Shown: piece after piece, positions 25,796 through 38,836 of the stretch
Position numbering within the stretch: the stretch's first letter is position 1
Layout: each line of letters begins with the position of its first letter
Assembly (NCBI RefSeq): GCF_018350175.1
Contig: NC_058383.1
Coordinates: 12,836,001 to 12,900,000, forward strand
Length of the DNA stretch: 64,000 nt
Source: Felis catus
Lineage: Eukaryota
Reading direction: 5' to 3'
Made by a program: the position numbers and the translations under genes
Notes under the pieces: generated by a model
Told to the model about the DNA's origin: nothing
Database searches by the model: none
What the model saw: only the letters and a program-made list of their open reading frames with translations

Positions 25796-27467
25796 TACTG
25801 ACCTGCTTCCTCAGAGCTTGATTCTCAGAGATTTCATCATTGAAATTATGCACTGAGAAGGTGTGTAAATCCAGCCTGAAGACATACATCATTGTGTGAA
25901 TAAATTTCTTCCCCATTTCACCTGCTTTATCTTTCTTTCCCATTACTTTGTACAACAGCTTTGATTTGTGAGCGTCCCTTGTCTCCTTCCGTGTTAACCC
26001 TGTTGATCAATATCAAGTTGATTTTGCTGTGTAGTGTAGAGGAACTTTAGGTAGGGGATTGTGTAACAAAACTCCTACAAGACCAATAACCTCTCCCTCC
26101 CCAACTAAAAAATGAGGTTTGGTTTGTCTTTCGTGGTGTGTGCCCCATCCCTCTGCCCTGGCACTCCAGGGTATTGTAAAAGGGAGAATTTGAGAACAAC
26201 ATTCCAGGCTTAGAGCCTCCACATTCCTTGGGTTCTGTTGGAGGACTTCTTGGCAGCATTCAAAGAAGCCTGTGTTTTCCTATTAATTTTCCATCCCGGG
26301 CCACCTGCTTCCGCCTTCCTGCTGTTTTCCTTTTGTACCTATGTGGTTGGTGCTCCTAAGGCTTTCTACATTGGCTTTCATCGTTTATACCACTGAGTTT
26401 TACAGGAGCTTTTCTTTTCAAATTTTGATGTTTGACACTGTTACCGATTTTTATTTATTTATTTTTAATATGTTCACTTCTGAACCTTTTTAGACTTTAT
26501 GCTGGCAGCTTCTAGGAGAGAAAAAACAAACCAGGCACATTTTATGTAGAGTCAGGAGGCAGAGGGCAGAGGGTATACAGTTGATGGAAACCAGTGATTA
26601 TTGATTTCTCAGAATGCAGATCCTAACTGTTGACAAATTTAGAATTTGCCTCTTTTGGGGTCAGTTAGAGGTTGATTCTGGAACAGATGCTGACTTGGAT
26701 ATGGCTGATGTAAAAGCAGGGGTGAGCCACTGCAAAGGAACCTCAGTTCCTTAACCTCAGTTGCAGAGAGAGAAAGCCCCATAGCTTTCCGCCAGTGGGA
26801 AGCTTGCAAAATCAAAGCAGTTGAACAAGGAACAATCCAGGAATGCCCTGTATCCTACATGGTAGGAGCTCTGTTGCCCCTGCCCATGGGTAATTCTAGG
26901 GCATCTGTGGAGAATTCAGTGCATCAGGCAATCTTTCTGATCTCTAAAAAAATTGAGGCGATTAGAAAGGAGTGCAGACTGCAAGACTGGGAGGTTTGAT
27001 TTGTGAGTTATGAAGATTCAGAAAAGACCTTTTGTGGAGAGTGAACTTGCCTTATCATAATATTGTGAAAATTCTGAAGACAAGTCAATTTAATGAGAAA
27101 TATTAGAAGGGAAAAATCTTAAAGTGTTTAATTTGAAAACTGAAAGCTTTGTCCTTTCCACAGTGTTTCCTATTCTGTGAACTAAGATGGTTAGGGGAGG
27201 TGGAGCGAAAGGTAAACCCTTCCTTTCTGCAGCTTCTGGTGATCAGTTCCTTCTCTTACTCTCATAAACACCAGTGCTGTTTAGTACCTTGCCCATCTGG
27301 TGTTGGTAGGTTCTTTTGTTTACATCATATGACCTGCCTCCACACATAAATTGTGTATAAGCTTAACCAGGGTGACAGTTGGTGTGATACTTTTTAAATC
27401 TCTAGGGCCTGAGGCCCAATGACCAGGGGAATGAAAGCTGCGCTCTTTAAAAATCCCTGACACTCCT

Positions 27468-27692
27468 GGGGGCGACTGGGTGGCTCAGTTGGTTAAGCGT
27501 CCAACTCTTGGTTTCAGCTCAGTTCATGATCTCATGGTTCATGGGTTTGAGCCCTGTATTGGGCTCCATGCTGACTGTGTGGAGCCTGCTTGGGATATTC
27601 TGTCTCTCTCTCTCTGCCCCTCCCCTGCTCATGGTCTCTCTCTCAAATATATTAAAAAAAAAAAAAACAAAAAACAAAAAACAAACACCTTA
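27468..27692 (+). mobile_element. CanSINE (host of nested dimer)
   Basis: gggggcgactgggtggctcagttggttaagcgtcc head, A-rich tail; outer TSD ccctgacactcc at 27455-27466 and 27920-27931. Confidence 0.94.
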
Positions 27693-27903
27693 GGAGCGCC
27701 TGGGTGGCTCATTCGGTTAATTGTTCGACTCTGTTTCAGCTCCGGTCATGATCTCATGGTTTCATGAGTTCGAGCCCTGTGTTGGCTCTGCACTGAGCAT
27801 TGAGCCTGCTTGGGATTCGCTGTAGCTCTACCCCACCCCTGCTCACACTGTCTCTGTCTCTTTCAAAATAAATAAATAAAAATAAAAAACAAACAAAACC
27901 TTA
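27693..27903 (+). mobile_element. Second CanSINE inserted in the A-tail of the first
   Basis: ggagcgcctgggtggctca head, (aaat)n tail; imperfect inner repeat aaaaacaaaca(aa)cctta on both sides. Confidence 0.92.
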
Positions 27904-28621
27904 AAACCCATTCCCAAAACCCTGACACTCCCATCGTGTTCTCATGGTTTTGCTAAGGTAGTGTTCCACCATGTGAGAGAAATGAGGGTTGTATATTCTA
28001 GAATTATGAACAAAGCTTACTTGGGAATGATGCAGCATGTGTGTTGTGTGTTTGATGTGAAAAGGTCTGGGCTGTGTCTGTGTTTGCCATGATCACCTAT
28101 AATGGTGCTGTACAACCACTCCGTGACAGTGTTATTTTAACTTAAAATAGCATGAGGGTTAGGAGAAAATACCTAGTATATCTGAAGGGGTATTCTCCTG
28201 GGCTCCTGTAATTGCAATGATTTGAAATGCTTTCACAGATTTGGAGGAGAGGGTAATTTTTCTTCTTTATTTGCTCCCTTTATCTTGTTTTAAAGCCAGT
28301 ATTACCTCTCCTCCAACTTCCATATATGCTTCTCACCTCTCTCTCTCTTTCTCTGCCCCTCTCCCTCTCCCATTCCCTCTTCCTCTCCTCCTTTAAGAAA
28401 ACCATCCCTGGTAAGAATCAAAGCCATTTGGAGCTTTTCTTGTTTTTTTATTAAGAGTTGACTTGACTTTAGTGCTGTGTAGAGCATGGGAAAAGTCAGG
28501 GCCATTTGGTAGTTGCTCCCTGGAAGGGTCAGCCTTCTTATGACAAGTGGGAGGGCCATGGGCATTATTTTCCAGGTGCAGGTATGTTCTGAGTGTTGCT
28601 GGTGGTGGCAGTAACCCCGGA

Positions 28622-28828
28622 CAGCAAGGTCTTCAACACTATTGACATATGGGCTAGATAATTCTTTGTTGTGTGTAGAGAGCGCCCTGTGCATTGTAGG
28701 ATGTTTAGCAGCATGCTTGGCCTCTATATTGGTAGCTCCCCACCTCTCTTCCCTGCTCTCCAGGCTGACAACCAAAATGTCATTGCCAAATGTCTCCTGG
28801 GGACAGGATCACCTTGGTTGAGAATCAA
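28622..28828. mobile_element. MER20 hAT-Charlie element
   Basis: cactattgacatatgggctagataattctttgttgt..ctgtgcattgtaggatgtttagcagcat..tgacaaccaaaatgtc..attgccaaatgtctcctgggg..ggttgagaa. Confidence 0.85.
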
Positions 28829-29051
28829 CAAGAAAGGGTGAAGAAAGGGATGCCTTCCAAGCAGAGGGTAGTCATGAACCTCTCAGGGCTGGAGCCTTCA
28901 TTTAGGTGCTTTGGTATATTAAAAGCACTTCTCAAATATCAGTGATAAGGACACATTTAGATAGTTGTAATTCCTGTGTAATCCATAAATACCATTTTAG
29001 CTCTTGCCTTCAACTTTCCTAGCACTACAAGTATACTGTTTTCCCTTATTC

Positions 29052-29080
29052 TTTTTAAAAAATTTTTTTTAATGTTTATT

Positions 29081-29119
<39 letters not shown>

Positions 29120-29292
29120 ACAGAGTGCGAGCAAGGGAAGGGCAGAGAGAGAGGGAGTCACAGAATCTGAAGCAGGCTCCAGGCTCTGAGCTGTCAGCAC
29201 AGAGCCTGACGTGGGGCTCAGACTCACGAACCGTGAGATCGTGACCTGAGCTGAAGTCTGACGCTTAACTGACTGAGCCACCCAGACGTCCC
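29052..29292 (-). mobile_element. CanSINE with expanded (GA)n
   Basis: Typical body; TSD tgttttcccttattc / tgtttttccttattc (1 mismatch). Confidence 0.95.
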
Positions 29293-32200
29293 TGTTTTTC
29301 CTTATTCGTAAAATGAGAAGGTTTGCAGTAAAATTTAGTAATGTCTGAGGTCTCTCCCAACCCTCTCATTTTATGATTTTAGTTATAAAAGAGAAATATT
29401 ATGCAATTATAGGACTTCAGAGCTGAAAATTTATTTGTAGTCATTTAGTCCATTCCTATTAGTTCTGTCCAGTGTGATTTCCACAAACAGATCAGGCCAG
29501 GAAAAATATTTACTTTTTACAAGTGGATGTTATTAAATGCTACTATTTAGAGAATTTATCAGAACAGACTTTTATAAAAATGATTACTTTTGTTACTGAC
29601 TGATTGGAATTCAGGTGATTGACTGCCTGAACTTTAAATATGTCTGTTGTTTGCAATCAGGCTTTTTAATATTGGTGTTTATTTTAAATAGTTGATACTT
29701 ACATTTATTGGGCTGGCATTCCTATTGCCAAACAGTGTTATGCTCTGCTACCTTGATGAAAGAAACTGACTCCTCAGAGTTCCTTCGCTGATTTATTGGG
29801 ATTAAATAGGTAAATCTTCTATTCTAACTGCTTTTTAAGCATCATAAGAGTAGATTTTCTTTTTGGCCTGAATGAGAGGTGGTTAAGAGGGAAATCTAAT
29901 ACCTTTTATGGGTTTATATGCTTCACATGTGATGTGCCCAGCCAGAAATAATGAGGTACACACCAGATGTGAAGGTACCAGCTAATATAATTATGCTGAG
30001 GATCATTTTCACCATTTGAGGGCTGAATTACGTTGAACTCATTTCTTCATCTCTAAAAGGATTTGGTATAGTTGCTTAAATTTGAATTGGGAACTGAGAT
30101 GAAGTACCTGTGCTTGTGTTTTTAATTAACTAGAAGGGTTGGGTGGTGTGTACCTTTTGTACTTCTGGAGCTTGATAAACAGTAAAGCCTGGAATATTCA
30201 GATTCATGGCAAGGCTTAGATGGATGGGGAGGCGATATTCTAGTGGAAGCTAATAGCTGAGTTTGCTTTCTTTGGGCTCTTGCCTGGAAAACCAATCTGA
30301 AAGTATCGTGGTCAGACACAATGCTGTTCTTAAGCCTTATTGGAAATAATAGGTCTCTTAGCCTATGCTAAAAGGTAATTTTGCATACATTAAATATTCA
30401 ACAGAGGGCTCGCACTCTGCTTACTTTGGCAAACAAATAGATCCCAAAATGAATCACACAGATTGTAATGTGGAACAAATTGAAATACTTGAGGGTTTGG
30501 CCTAAACTTGTATTTTACCTTCCACGTCGTTATAGTGCCCTCACAAAGGAAAAACCTCTGGAAATGGCAGTGAGAAGGCAGTATTATCTCAAACTGCAGT
30601 TGTGGTTCTGGACCTGGTCTGGGGGCCTGTCTTTCCTTTTACTCCCTGCTGTGTAAGAGCAAGAAGAGAGTACTTAAGGTGTTTATTTCACCCTGGAAGA
30701 TTTTTATAAAGAGCAGTTTTTAATGAAGCATGGCACATGGCATCATTATCATTTCTAACACAGAGAACTCATTTTCAATTTTGCTATCAAAGAAAAATGA
30801 CAAATAGAGAATGCAAGAAAAACCAGATGGACTAACTGTATTAGGAGCTTAGTATGCATATTTTGTGTCACATATTAGCATTCATTAAGTCAAAAGGGAA
30901 AAAAAATGAGTTTTGCCTACATGCATTAAACCAATAAGGCTGGCAGAGTTCCAAGCTAGCTCTTGTGGATTAATTGTTTTATAACTGTTTTAATTAAAAT
31001 TGTTCAGTATATGATTAACCTAAAAGTTTTAATTTCCACAAAACTGTTGAACAAATGAGACATTAATATTTTACATTAACCATGGTGATATTGCTGTGGT
31101 TTTCAGAGTGGCTGCTTCTTCACGTAAACCGTGGCAAGCAGTCGGTGGAAAGTGCTGTCTCACGCTGCTGGGAAGACTTGGAGATCAGGAGTAACTTAGC
31201 GAAAGGCCCAGTGTGACAGGGTTGTTCTGGTATGCTCCAGATTCTGTAGGTGTGCCTTTATGTGGTCTCCCCCGCCCTCTCCCCCGCCTCGCACTCCTCA
31301 CACTCCTCAGTCTAAGAGCTGAGCCTCAGACGTAAATTGTCAAGTGGAGGAGGTTAACAGTATAATGTGGCAGAAATCAACTTACTATGTGCTTCCTTCT
31401 ATTAGACTTCACAGTAGTGTTGCTGTACCACACGAAATGCTTGGATTTGAAGGGACTGATTGGTAGGGCCCGAGACATTATTGACATTAAGTTTTATGGT
31501 TTTAATTTAGGAGATAGGTACGAGTGTTAGTTTTGGACTCAAAGATAGGAAAGTCTGGATGACCCATCACCTTTATTTGCTTGCAGTTTTTTAGGTTGGC
31601 ACCAGGGTGACGTGGGGAAAACATGTCCTAGTTTGCAAATTGTAACACTGAGGCCCAGTAAAATTTCACTGGGCGTGGCTGCGACTCCCTCGGTATCACA
31701 GATATGCATGTTTCTGGCTCAGTCCCTTCTCTGCTTTCTACCTGTGTCCCCATCTTAATGTAGTTCAGCTCATTAAGAGACTCTTCTCCCTTCCTGTAGC
31801 CCTGTCACCCTCATTTCTGTCCGGGGGTTCAGGTCATGATACTATATAAATTTAAAGTAGTGGTGGCCTTTGAATGTCATGGGAGGGAGTTTTAAAAGAT
31901 GAGATTCAAACTGCTTATTGGAAATGATGTTGACAAAACTCAAGCCGTCCAGACTATCGAGATAGTGATAAATTCTTTAAGGTACCAGGTTGGGCTCTCC
32001 TATTAGGTTTTATGACACTTGATATAAGATCTTCTTTGCATTTTTTGGTCTGCAGGAGTCTGGGATATAGTGCCTGAGCAACAAAAAGATTTTGGCTTTG
32101 ACTTCCATAGTCAGGACGAGATGACGCTATGATTTGTCCAGAGTTCAAGCTGCAGCCCTGACTTGATTTTCTTTACCTTTCCCTATTGTTTCTTTCCCTG

Positions 32201-32696
32201 TCTTTTCTTCCTAGTGTGATAAAGTTCCCCGTGTTCTCCTTCCCTTCTGTTCTGTGTAATCATTCTCTGTCCTAAATTCCTTCTGTTTACCTTTCCGGGC
32301 ACCAGCTTCTGAATAAATTATTCATATAGTCCAGTCTTTTTGGAGTAGTTAATAATCATAAATTTTATGGTTGTACAATTGGTTGTACAAGTTGCCATAT
32401 TTGCCAGAAACCAGCTTCACACAAGTGATTTTGAGATAAATGGTTTATCAGGCATGTTGTTATCTGTTCGTTTCTTTAGGCACTCTTGAGCTCTATTATT
32501 ACATGAAGTTAGATCATTAGAAATGCGCATACCTGGACCATATTATTTTGATTCTTCAGAGAATTGCCATCGAGGAGTTAGAGTGCTGTGTCCTTGGTAA
32601 ACGAAGAATAAAAACGTTCAATTTAAGAATTAAATATTCTGTTTGAAGAATATTTCTGACTTTTGCAAAACCTTAAAAATAGTCTGATATCTTAAT

Positions 32697-32744
32697 CTCT
32701 CTCTCTGTCTGTCACACAGACACACACACACACACACACACACA
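32697..32744. repeat. Compound (CT)n/(CA)12 microsatellite
   Basis: Direct reading; (CA)12 at 32721-32744. Confidence 0.95.
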
Positions 32745-34865
32745 GAACTTCTTTGGGAATTTGGTGCCAGGAAAATACTTCTTAGTTCTGACCAACATAC
32801 GTGCATTCCTTTAAATCTCAAATGTTTGTTGAATGAGTGAGTAGTGCATAATTAGGTAAGGGTTTTTATGCGTTTTCCAGGAAATTCCATGTTTAATTCA
32901 GGAACCAGCTTTAGATAGCCCAAGTCCTTGGTGAACAAGTAGCGTTACTCTTTTGCTTGGTGATTACTATTTTTCATCTACTATTAACAGATTTTGCTTT
33001 GATGAAAAACTGACTTGTAGACCACAGTCCATCTAAACTAGAGATATGAGTGGGTACTTCACCGTGTTCCCATGATAAGGGGAACAATAGGAGTCAGGCA
33101 TCTGGTTCCTGCCCTATGAGATTTGATAATTCTTATTTTTAAGACAGTACATGTTTAGCAAGACATAAAAGGGCCCAAAGCAAGATTTTTTTGACACTGA
33201 AACTGTAGGAGTAGGGAGATAGTTGGGGACTTGCTACTTTTATTCTGCCTCTCTTCTCTATTTCATTACCTTTATGAATATGCTCTTTGCTCCCCTGGGT
33301 CCCATTTCCAACCCAGTAGCAGTAATTACAGTTGGGCTAAACCTCGCAGCTGTGAGGCCAGCTATTTTCTTGACCATCTCTGCAGCCTGGCTTCCACTTC
33401 TAATCCTCCATAAAAATTAATGCTTGCATTGCTCTTCACCAGCTACATGGCTACATTTTCCTCATTTGTTTTTCTGATGCAGCAGCAGCCTTCCAAAAAT
33501 ACCACCAAGTGTAATAATCCTTTTGCTGTTCAATACATCTTTTGTCTGAGGCTTAGTTACTGTCGCAGTTGATGGCATGACAGCTGATGGCAAGCAACAA
33601 GTGAATGTTTAAATAGTGTGTAATTCAACAGATGTGCCCGTCCAGGTGATTCTCCCAGTAGCTTGCCACACAGTGGGCGGAGGGTGAGCAGTAACTGAGT
33701 GTATAGTGGGTTGTTCCAGACATTCTCTGGTTTTGGCTAGCTTGTTCTTGGTCATTACAGTGATAGTTCTTGTGATTCTGTTTGGTTCCTTTATTTTGAT
33801 ACATGTACACTGTGTGGCTTCCATTTGGGAGATGTTTAAATTTCAAATATCAGAGACAGTTATGATTGTAGTACAGCTTTAGTAATTTCCAGTGGTCATC
33901 ACAAAGTGATATTTTCTGAGAGTCCCAGGTGTGTGAAACGAATCTTCCAAAGTGCACGTATAGTACTCCATGCCCTCAATCAAAGCACAGTAATTGTGGC
34001 TGGACCACTTCCAACATTACTCAAGGAAGGAAGGAGACTCCTACCCGTTGTTACTATACGGTATCTAAAACATACAGACCAATACATTTTAGCACATGGC
34101 AATCTTTCTGAAGATACGCTGTCAATCAACATAAGTAAATATCTTCTCTCTCTTCCATGAACCTAGCAACCAATTTGCTTATAGTTCTTTGCAAAACTGT
34201 TGTTAAATTACTTTGTGGCTGGTTATGTCACTTGGCTAGGAAAATGGTACTGGAATTAAGTCAGCTTTAGCCCTATGCTGCCCATCTTTTCTAACTTATG
34301 GTCAGCCATATGTTTAGACCAGATGAAGTACGAAGTTATGAGTGGATACAAGCACATTCTTGGAAAAGATACCAAAATCATGTTCTACTGAAAGTTTGGG
34401 TTAGCTTTTTCCCACCACATAGGGATATCTTCATACCTATTGCAAGGACCTTCATTTTTATTTCTGATCATATAAATAATAGTAGCTTGTTGGTAGTAAT
34501 GATTAGCATAAAAATCAGATTGTGAGAGGGGAAGATTTGCTTATTGAGGGACACATAGAGGGCCCTTGAGGTACTGTAATATTTTGTTTCTTAACCATGA
34601 CTATGGTTACAATAGTGTTCATGTTATTCTTCTGGAAAATGGACATGTTTTATACCCTTTTTTGGATGTGTACGATAGCTCACTATATATGTGTATTTGC
34701 TGGATAAAACTGGAAAATACCCAAAAGCACAAAGTAAAAATGGTATCTCTAATCCTACCACCAAGAGTTCATCACTTTTCTTTTTTGGCATCTATCTTCC
34801 CGGTATTTTGGGGGCACATACATCCCATTATGTTGTGTCCATTCCCATGGCTTCAGAGTTTAATT

Positions 34866-34868
<3 letters not shown>

Positions 34869-34920
<52 letters not shown>
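34869..34920. repeat. (AC)26 microsatellite
   Basis: Perfect dinucleotide run of 52 bp. Confidence 0.98.
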
Positions 34921-34922
<2 letters not shown>

Positions 34923-34941
34923 AGATGTACCTAAACCTGAC

Positions 34942-35045
34942 TTTTAAAGTTTTTTATTTAAGTAATTTCTACACCCAGACTGGGGCTTGAACTCACCACC
35001 ATGAAATCAAGAGTTGCTCTTCCGACTGATCTAGCCAGGTGCCCC
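34942..35045 (-). mobile_element. Short old CanSINE lacking the (CT)n tract
   Basis: taagtaatttctacaccc..ggggcttgaactcac..ccgactga..gccaggtgcccc; TSD taaacctgac at 34932 and 35046. Confidence 0.88.
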
Positions 35046-35481
35046 TAAACCTGACATTTTATTTATTGTATTGTAATATTTTGGCATGAGTGTTCAAGAT
35101 TCCGTAGACTTAATTTTAACATCTATATAGAGTACCATTTCTTGGATGTATCATAGCCCATTTATCCAATTCTCTATTTGACATTTAGGCATTTTCTAAT
35201 ACTTAAATATTATAAATAATATGTGCTTATCTTGTAGGTATTTAAAATTAGGCTAAATTGGACTCTTTTTTATTTGGTATGTAGACATTTTGTAAAAGGC
35301 AGATTTTGTTGGACAAGGTAACTCTGGCTTCAAAAGCAACTTGAAAGCTGACATTTTTTCCCCCTTAAAGAAAATTGAAAAAAAAATTCATTTTTTCCTT
35401 TTATGAAGTAGGTATGTGTGGTGTGTGTGAAGTAGGAAATTGCTTCAATGTTTTTATACTCTTTGGTTGGCTGTGAAGTTA

Positions 35482-35600
35482 ATTTATTCATTCAATTATT
35501 GAATATTTATTGAACACCATCTGTATGCCAGGTGCTTTGTTCTAGATCTGAGAATTTAGAGACAGAGACCTGGTTTCTGCTTTCTCAGTGAGGTAACATA
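35482..35600 (-). mobile_element. L2 3' end fragment
   Basis: atttattcattcaa..aatatttattgaacaccatctgtatgccaggtgct. Confidence 0.6.
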
Positions 35601-36233
35601 GTGAGCAGTAGGACATGGGTGTTGTCAGTCCACGCTCTTGAGTATATAGATCCAAATGTTTCTACTTGGATGACTTTGCTGTGATTTATATTATTAAACA
35701 GGTGGCTTAGGAGCTTCTATACCAGAGAGGCTACTACTATACCCTCCTTCCCTAAACCCGTCTGTGGCCAAACTGAATCCTGGAATTCAGAGCTTTGTGG
35801 GCAAGCCTGAATAGGGCAGAAGTGCAAATGACCTTTTCATTCACAGTGTGGGCATCATTGAGGATGGGCTGTGCATTAACTCCTTTCTGGTATAACCAAG
35901 TTTCTGTCCAGCTGTAAAGTTCTGTGCTTTCTGATACTTGGGGCCCCTGGAGCTCCTAGTAACTGAATCTTTTCTCAAACATTAAATTTGTAGTAGTAGG
36001 AAAAAATTAGATTCTGTCTTTTTGAGATACCAGCTGAACTTTGGAGTATAAATACAGACTTAAGAATAAAAGAAAGGAGAAAAGTGCATTTACCCAACCC
36101 AGGAAATCAGATGGAAATTGAGATTGTGTCTCTGTTCATCTTCTGTAAGCAAAACCAGTAATGAAATGATAATTTTTTTCTTTCTACCTGTGCCTACAAA
36201 AAAACCCCCACAAAAAACAAAAAAAAACCAAAA

Positions 36234-36331
36234 CAGAGCCGGCTTGGGATTCTCTCTGTCTGCCCCTCCCCAGCTCATTCTCGTCTCTCTCAAAATAAAT
36301 AAGTAAAGTTAAAAAAAAAAGGAAAAAAAAA
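36234..36331 (+). mobile_element. CanSINE 3' half (no tRNA head)
   Basis: cagagccggcttgggattctctctgtctgcccctcccc..ctctcaaaataaataag + A tail; preceded by an unrelated A-rich tract. Confidence 0.88.
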
Positions 36332-37138
36332 GATAGTTTTAAGCTTTCTATTTGGAGAGAACTATCTATGGCTTGAGGCTTCAAGTTAGGAATATTTTGG
36401 CATTGAAAAACCTGTAGGGCCCCGGAAACACCTGACATCATTCATGATCAGACCAAGATGAAAGAACATTTATTTTTTAGGTAGTGTACTGAATCCTGGA
36501 AGTCTGGTGGCTGTTAAGTTCTTTAACAGAAAGGTTTGCGGACAAGTGTCTTCCCTTAAACTCTAGAGCCTAATTAATTAAGATGTGTGACTGTCTATTT
36601 CTTGTTCCACTTGTTCTTCAGTTTTACCATCCTCTGCGTGGGTCCCTGGAAGGCTCTGTGTGTGAGTGGATTCTGGTGGAAAAAAATTCTAGATTATAAA
36701 TGGGCAGTCCTCGTCCTAGCATTCATTAACCTTGGACAAATCACTAAGAAACCTGTTTCTTCTGTAGAATGGGGTAATAACACTTGACTAGCCTGTTTTG
36801 TAGTATTGTTACAAAGATACTAGGTATTTAAAAAAGGAATGAATGGAATGCTTGAATTTTGGGTGGTCTGTGTTGGTTGGAGGTAGGGCAAAAGGGGGTG
36901 GAGGGTGTCATTACCACCTTGGATTTAGCAGCCTGGTTTCCAAACATGTAAGTTTGAGATGGACCTCAGGATTTTGATTGATGATGATGAATGATGTAGC
37001 CATGAATAGGTTAAAGTTTAGAAGATGCTCTTGGTCCTATAGGACAATTAGATTTGTCCCCGTCCCTTAAGGTAGCTGCTCATTTGGGTGAAGCAGCATT
37101 TTGTGTCGAAAATACTACTTACTTAGGTATTTTATTGT

Positions 37139-37336
37139 CTTTTTTTAAATGTTTATTTTTGAGAGAGGGCACACACACGAGCAGGGGACGGTCAGAGAGA
37201 GAGGGGGGACAGAGAATCTGAAGCTGGCACCATGCTGACATCAGAGAGCACAGTATGGGGCTCAAACTCAGAAATGGTGAGATCATGATCTGAGCTGAGG
37301 TTGGATGCTTAACCAACTGAGCCACCTAGGCGCCCC
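37139..37336 (-). mobile_element. CanSINE
   Basis: Head ctaggcgcccc; TSD ggtattttattgt at 37126-37138 and 37339-37351. Confidence 0.94.
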
Positions 37337-38836
37337 ATGGTATTTTATTGTTATTTTTATTTCATTTTCAGTGTCCTCCAGAAAAAGCTTTGAGCTGGTT
37401 TACAAAAACATACGATGTGACAGAATTAAGATAAGATGAGGAAATTGGGACAAAGAGAAAACACGCATAGAGAAAATAGGATAGAACCATGTTGAGGCTA
37501 TTGGGCAGAAACATACAGGATAGGTTCTTATGCAATATGTAGAGGTGGACCACATACCTATTTTCTCAGGGAACAGAATAAAGAAGGAAATATTTGTAAT
37601 TTTCCTAAGGTATTTCCTCAGTGGAGAGGATGGGGCCTTGAACTGTACTTTTCAAAACACACAGCAGTTATTTGTGAAATAATTGTTTTTATACCATCTC
37701 TCAATGCAGATTAATAACATGATGACAAACCATGATTTGGGGAAAGAGTGACCATAAGGGGTCAAGATCCCGTGTTCTGCATAGGCAGCTCTGAAAGGCT
37801 GGCTTGAGCTAAGGACAACATTTAGAACATGTCAAGGAGTGGACAAGCTACCTGTCCTCAGGCAGTCCACAAATATTCATTGCCCCAACTGGGAGCTGGC
37901 TTCACTCCCTGAATGGTTTCCAGTGATGTTGTGGCATAGTCCATTGGCCAGGAGCCCAGAGACCCAGAGATGGAAATGCCCATCCTATCTTAAGAGTTGA
38001 GAGTCTTCATAAGCTCTTGGCATTTCCTTCTCTTTCTTGGTTCTGGTTTGTCTTTTGCAAAGATCAGACACATGAATTAAAGTTGTTCTTTGCTGGAGAA
38101 GGCAGCTAAATGCCAGTTGTGACTTTTGGGTTCTAGCTATGCTGCAAACTTCTGGGAGTTCATGGACTACCAGTAACTCGTGTTGAGTGACCATTCAGTG
38201 GCTGTTACTTCAGTTTGTAGTTCATGGTGAGTGAATTCAAACCCATCATGTTTCTAGAGTTGGTTCCTAGATCAAATTGTTGGTAAATGCTTTCATTAGA
38301 GAATTCAGCTTGAGCCCTTTGCCCAATTTTCTGTTTCTCTGTTGTTACTAGCTGTAGATACTTAAAAAAAAAAAATCCTCAGAAGGAATGCATGTTTTTA
38401 GAAACAGGGAGTGTATTCTGTGCTTTAGTGGGACACAGAAGGAGACTGTCTGGTTAAGGCAGGAGATTGTGGCACTAAAAAAGGAAACTGGCAGGCCTAT
38501 TCCTGGCACTTCCAGTAAGAAAAGAAAAGAAAAGGAATGACAGGTTGGCTGGGGATTATATTAAAGGAAGCGGTGTTCCTCACCTGACCTCATATTCCCT
38601 GCATCTAGGATTGGTGTGCCTATGGCAGTCATTTTTGGCAGCTGAAGACAGACTTGGTCTGCTTTCTGCCATATATTTAGGGGTCTAGTGGAGATACAGA
38701 AGCCTGTTAAGGAGCAATCATGGCAGACTGATTCCTTTACTTTTAGTCAGAAGCCAGTTCTACCAATGTCCACGGTCAAGTGTGTGTCCTTGTAAGTTGC
38801 TTGTGTCAAGAAGAAAGACTCTCATTAAGATTTTGG

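Noticed and set aside
28302..28775. 157-aa ORF
   Set aside because: Starts in MER20 and ends in a purine-rich low-complexity tract; no recognisable domain.
32369..32394. ggttgtacaa repeated twice with palindromic core
   Set aside because: Too short to distinguish from ordinary slippage duplication.
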